In this document: positions 35,291-38,128 of the stretch, piece after piece
Numbering within the stretch: position 1 is the first letter of the stretch
Layout: every line of letters starts with the position of its first letter
DNA from: Aciduliprofundum sp.
GTDB lineage: Archaea > Thermoplasmatota > Thermoplasmata > Thermoplasmatales > ARK-15
NCBI GenBank assembly: GCA_002878135.1
Contig: PNIT01000050.1
Coordinates: forward strand, 1-38,128
Length of the DNA: 38,128 nucleotides
Direction of reading: 5' to 3'
Notes under the pieces: generated by a model
What the model was told of the DNA's origin: nothing
What the model saw: the letters and a program-made list of their open reading frames with translations, nothing else
Databases searched by the model: none
Position numbers and translations under genes: made by a program

Positions 35291-36367
35291 TTACTGCAGT
35301 GGTTCCCTCTCCACCTCCGTCCTGTCCCAGGTAGGATATTCCTCCACCATATATTTATTTCCATCTATCTCATTTTTTATATCATCCAATATCCAGGGTG
35401 CAATCTCTATCCTGTTCCTGTATTTATCATAGTAAACCAGATTGGATGGAATATCCAATGAATTAATAATTTTCTCATAAACATACTTCAGATCCCTACC
35501 CTCTATTATGCCCTTGATTAGTGTTCCATCCTTTGTTATTATTTCATAATCCCTGGCTACGTTCTTTGCACGTCTAAGTAGCCTTCTCCTTAGCTGAACA
35601 GCATCCTTAAAGCTTGCGGAGCAGTAGTGTACAGTAATTGAAAAATCATTTTCTAAGATTATATTCCTTGCAAGGGTTTCACTGCCCTTTACAGCGCTAC
35701 TAATGTATGATTTTGTTCTGTACCCATGTAACCTGAGTGATTCATAGTTCGTCTCTGAAAACTCAAGCTCATTTAAGTTGATGAAATCAACCCCAATATC
35801 CTCTGCAGCCCTTATCATATTGAGGAGCTCCTTCCCCTTATCTGGAAGTACGGGTACCTCTATACCCACCTTCATACCACTTTCTCTGGAATACCTTATC
35901 TTATTGGCATAATCGGATGATTTCAGACTATTCCACAACCTGACAGGTACATGGAACCTTATCTCATCAAGGCCTGCATTAGATAGGGAATATATCTCAT
36001 CCCTTTTTCCGCTGGCTGTATAAAGATGTATATGGTGCCTATCACCTAATTCTTCCTTTAATATTTTTATATATTTAATGGTCCTTTCAATCCTCTTGAG
36101 CGGATCTCCACCAGTTATACCTGTGCCCTTGGCATCTATGAGCCTTGCCTCCTCTATTATGTTTTCCTCCCTTAGGACAGGCATCTCATCGGCATATGTT
36201 ACATCCCTATTCTTCTTACCATTACTTAGAGGACAATAGAAGCATCTAAAGTTGCAAAGCCCCGTTACAAAAAGAACAAGCTTTGCACCTTCCCTGCAAA
36301 GTTTGCATCCTTCAGGCAAATCGAAATTACTCAGGGAATTTTTCTCAAGCCTGATCATTTCTATCAT
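35291..36367 (-). CDS. Radical SAM protein (PFL-activase-related, COG2108-like)
   Basis: 358 aa. Has an extra N-terminal Cys pair (CKLCREG) followed by the CxxxCxxC cluster motif in GLCNFRCFYCP. Also contains GITGGDP. Confidence 0.75.
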   Translation of the reverse strand: MIEMIRLEKNSLSNFDLPEGCKLCREGAKLVLFVTGLCNFRCFYCPLSNGKKNRDVTYADEMPVLREENIIEEARLIDAKGTGITGGDPLKRIERTIKYIKILKEELGDRHHIHLYTASGKRDEIYSLSNAGLDEIRFHVPVRLWNSLKSSDYANKIRYSRESGMKVGIEVPVLPDKGKELLNMIRAAEDIGVDFINLNELEFSETNYESLRLHGYRTKSYISSAVKGSETLARNIILENDFSITVHYCSASFKDAVQLRRRLLRRAKNVARDYEIITKDGTLIKGIIEGRDLKYVYEKIINSLDIPSNLVYYDKYRNRIEIAPWILDDIKNEIDGNKYMVEEYPTWDRTEVEREPLQ

Positions 36368-36540
36368 TTACCCTCTCTTTTTTCATGTATGCTAAATATA
36401 TCCTCTAAGCAATTTTATTCTCATAATCACCCAGAGTTTTCAATTCCTATGTGATCATTATATTTAAGATTATCGCCCCTTCAATTAAAGGGATTTTTAT
36501 GCGGCACCCTAAAAATTAATAATAACAATACAATGAAACA

Positions 36541-37701
36541 ATGGTGAACATTAAAAATAGGGTACTCCAGACCGTCGGTATAGCGAGCTTTCTAAGATCA
36601 TTTGGCTACGGAACACTATGGTCATTCATTATACTCTATCTCACAACAGTTGCTCATCTCCCCCTTGCTTTTGTTGGAGCATACCTCCTCATATCTGGAC
36701 TTACTGGTGCCCTCCTCCAAATACTTTTTGGTGCATTCTCTGATTTTCTTGGTAGGAGGTTTTTTCTTATTTTAGGTCAGGTAGGTCAGGGTGCTTCATT
36801 CCTGATAGTTGGCCTTGGTATGGTGTACAATTTTTATATCATCCTGGTAGGAATCCTGCTTCAGAGTATATTCAGTGGAATGGTTTTCACCATGTTCAAT
36901 GCCCTAATTGCGGATGTCTTTACTGAGGATGAGAGATTTAGGAGCTTTGGAGTTCAAAGGGCACTGGCAAATTTCGGCTGGGGCATAGGGCCAGCGATAG
37001 GAGGTTTTGTTTTTGAGATTCATTATTATTCATTCTCATTTATATTTATGGGTATAATGTTATCAATGGTGGCAATTTTGATGCTTGACATACCTGAAAC
37101 CTCCGTAAAATCAAGGGCCCTTAGTATTTCCGATATACCGTCTGCACTTAAGAATAGAAGATTTCTAATATACAGTATTGCTGGCTTTATAGGCTTCCTG
37201 GTATTCGGACAGTTAAACAGCACATACCCTTATTATGAGAATCAGGTGAATGGAATACCCGTCTCAATAATAGGATTAACGTGGACCATGAATGGCCTTA
37301 TGGTGGCTGCGCTCCAATACCCTTTTTCAAGATTGGCAAACAATAAAAATGCTCACCACTTCCTCATCTATGGAATAATGATATATGGTCTTGGTTACTT
37401 TATGTTGTCCATATTTCCATATATTGAATGGATGTTTTTTTCAATGATTGTAATAACCCTGGGAGAAATAATATATTCATCAAGCGCAACAACAGTTGCC
37501 ATGAATCTTGCTCCTGAAGGTGAAAGGGGAAGGTATTCGGGTACATTCGGCATATTCACGAGCATTGGGAGATCAGCTGGACCATTCTATGGTGGTCTTA
37601 TATTTTCAACCCCCTTTAACTATGAGATAAAATGGTTCCTCATACTTCTCACGGCAATAATATCCTCACTCCTTTACCTCATCATATTTCGTAAAAAATG
37701 A
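36541..37701 (+). CDS. MFS transporter
   Basis: 386 aa with about 12 TM helices. The MFS loop 2-3 motif is GAFSDFLGRRFF. Confidence 0.8.
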   Translation: MVNIKNRVLQTVGIASFLRSFGYGTLWSFIILYLTTVAHLPLAFVGAYLLISGLTGALLQILFGAFSDFLGRRFFLILGQVGQGASFLIVGLGMVYNFYIILVGILLQSIFSGMVFTMFNALIADVFTEDERFRSFGVQRALANFGWGIGPAIGGFVFEIHYYSFSFIFMGIMLSMVAILMLDIPETSVKSRALSISDIPSALKNRRFLIYSIAGFIGFLVFGQLNSTYPYYENQVNGIPVSIIGLTWTMNGLMVAALQYPFSRLANNKNAHHFLIYGIMIYGLGYFMLSIFPYIEWMFFSMIVITLGEIIYSSSATTVAMNLAPEGERGRYSGTFGIFTSIGRSAGPFYGGLIFSTPFNYEIKWFLILLTAIISSLLYLIIFRKK

Positions 37702-38088
37702 TTCTATCTTCTCTATAAGTTTTTCTGGCAATTCTATGGATTTAAATTCATTATTTATTGCAACAACAACTATTTCACAGGTTGCACATATCTTTCCATC
37801 TGATTCATTTCTTATCTCAAATGAATATTTCATATGTTTCTTACCAATCTCCTTAAGCCTCATGGATATTATTGCTACATCGTTGTACCTAAGTGGAGAT
37901 TTATAGCTGCATTCCGCCTTTACCCTGGGTAAAGATATATTTCTTGTAGAATCGAAGGGTAGACCTAGAGAGTTCATGAATTCCTCCTCAGTCCTCTCAC
38001 ATATACGGAAATAGTTGGAAAAATGCATTACACCCAGTGCATCCGTATCTACCCAGGCTACCCTGTATCTATGTATGAATTCCTTCAT
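37666..38088 (-). CDS. Hotdog-fold acyl-CoA thioesterase (4HBT/YbgC family)
   Basis: 140 aa. Segment HRYRVAWVDTDALGVMHFSNYFRICERTEEEF matches the YbgC/4HBT N-terminal catalytic Asp region. Confidence 0.8.
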   Translation of the reverse strand: MKEFIHRYRVAWVDTDALGVMHFSNYFRICERTEEEFMNSLGLPFDSTRNISLPRVKAECSYKSPLRYNDVAIISMRLKEIGKKHMKYSFEIRNESDGKICATCEIVVVAINNEFKSIELPEKLIEKIESFFTKYDEVKE

Positions 38089-38128
38089 AGATGTGAATTG
38101 ATTTGTTTATTTTAATCTTTTATTTTTT

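Noticed and set aside
1-38128. CRISPR arrays, IS elements, toxin-antitoxin pairs and known defence systems
   Set aside because: Reading both strands, I found no regularly spaced direct repeats, no transposase or integrase-like ORFs, and no cas, restriction-modification or TA-like gene pairs. Every ORF of 100 aa or more outside the rejected shadow ORFs has a housekeeping, metabolic or envelope assignment.

Overview
This window is a compact, about 94% coding chromosomal segment from an archaeon, most likely Thermoplasmatales-like. The proteasome alpha subunit closely resembles the Thermoplasma acidophilum protein as I recall it. Operon orders are archaeal, TATA boxes look like TTTATAAA, and GGAGG/GGTGA Shine-Dalgarno-like motifs sit next to apparently leaderless genes. 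I support 40 protein genes, including rpoP, which is below the ORF-track cutoff, and 2 tRNAs. I saw no CRISPR array, IS element, integrase or rRNA.

Most of the window is housekeeping:
- the rpl18e-rpl13-rps9-rpoN operon, ending 1 nt from tRNA-Pro
- the psmA-SBDS-rrp4-rrp41-rrp42-rpl37ae-rpoP exosome superoperon
- trm1, map, tsaC, rfcS and an FKBP
- a UbiD/UbiA pair

The unusual content concerns the cell surface and glycosylation:
- A 2076-aa AglB/STT3 oligosaccharyltransferase has a complete catalytic core followed by about 1150 aa of repeated beta-sandwich and CARDB-like domains and a second, C-terminal membrane anchor.
- A small sequon-rich membrane glycoprotein is translationally coupled to it by an ATGA overlap.
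- An AT-rich cassette next to tRNA-Asn encodes a processive-type GT2 synthase (DAD, TED and QRTRW motifs) and a 460-aa polytopic membrane protein.
- A 994-aa PKD/CARDB surface protein carries about 47 N-x-S/T sequons by my count.

Secondary curiosities:
- a self-contained roadblock/LC7, EndoIII-like, RNase-H-fold nuclease operon
- an ADP-forming acetyl-CoA synthetase alpha subunit overlapping a GNAT gene, a Pat-like architecture in split form
- an AMP phosphorylase gene coupled by ATGA to a MoaD/SAMP-like beta-grasp gene ending in GG
- tRNA-Asn(GUU) lying 3 nt upstream of the tsaC start
- a perfect 22-bp AT palindrome in a 340-bp AT-rich spacer

All functional calls rest on motif and family recognition by eye. 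I ran no database search.
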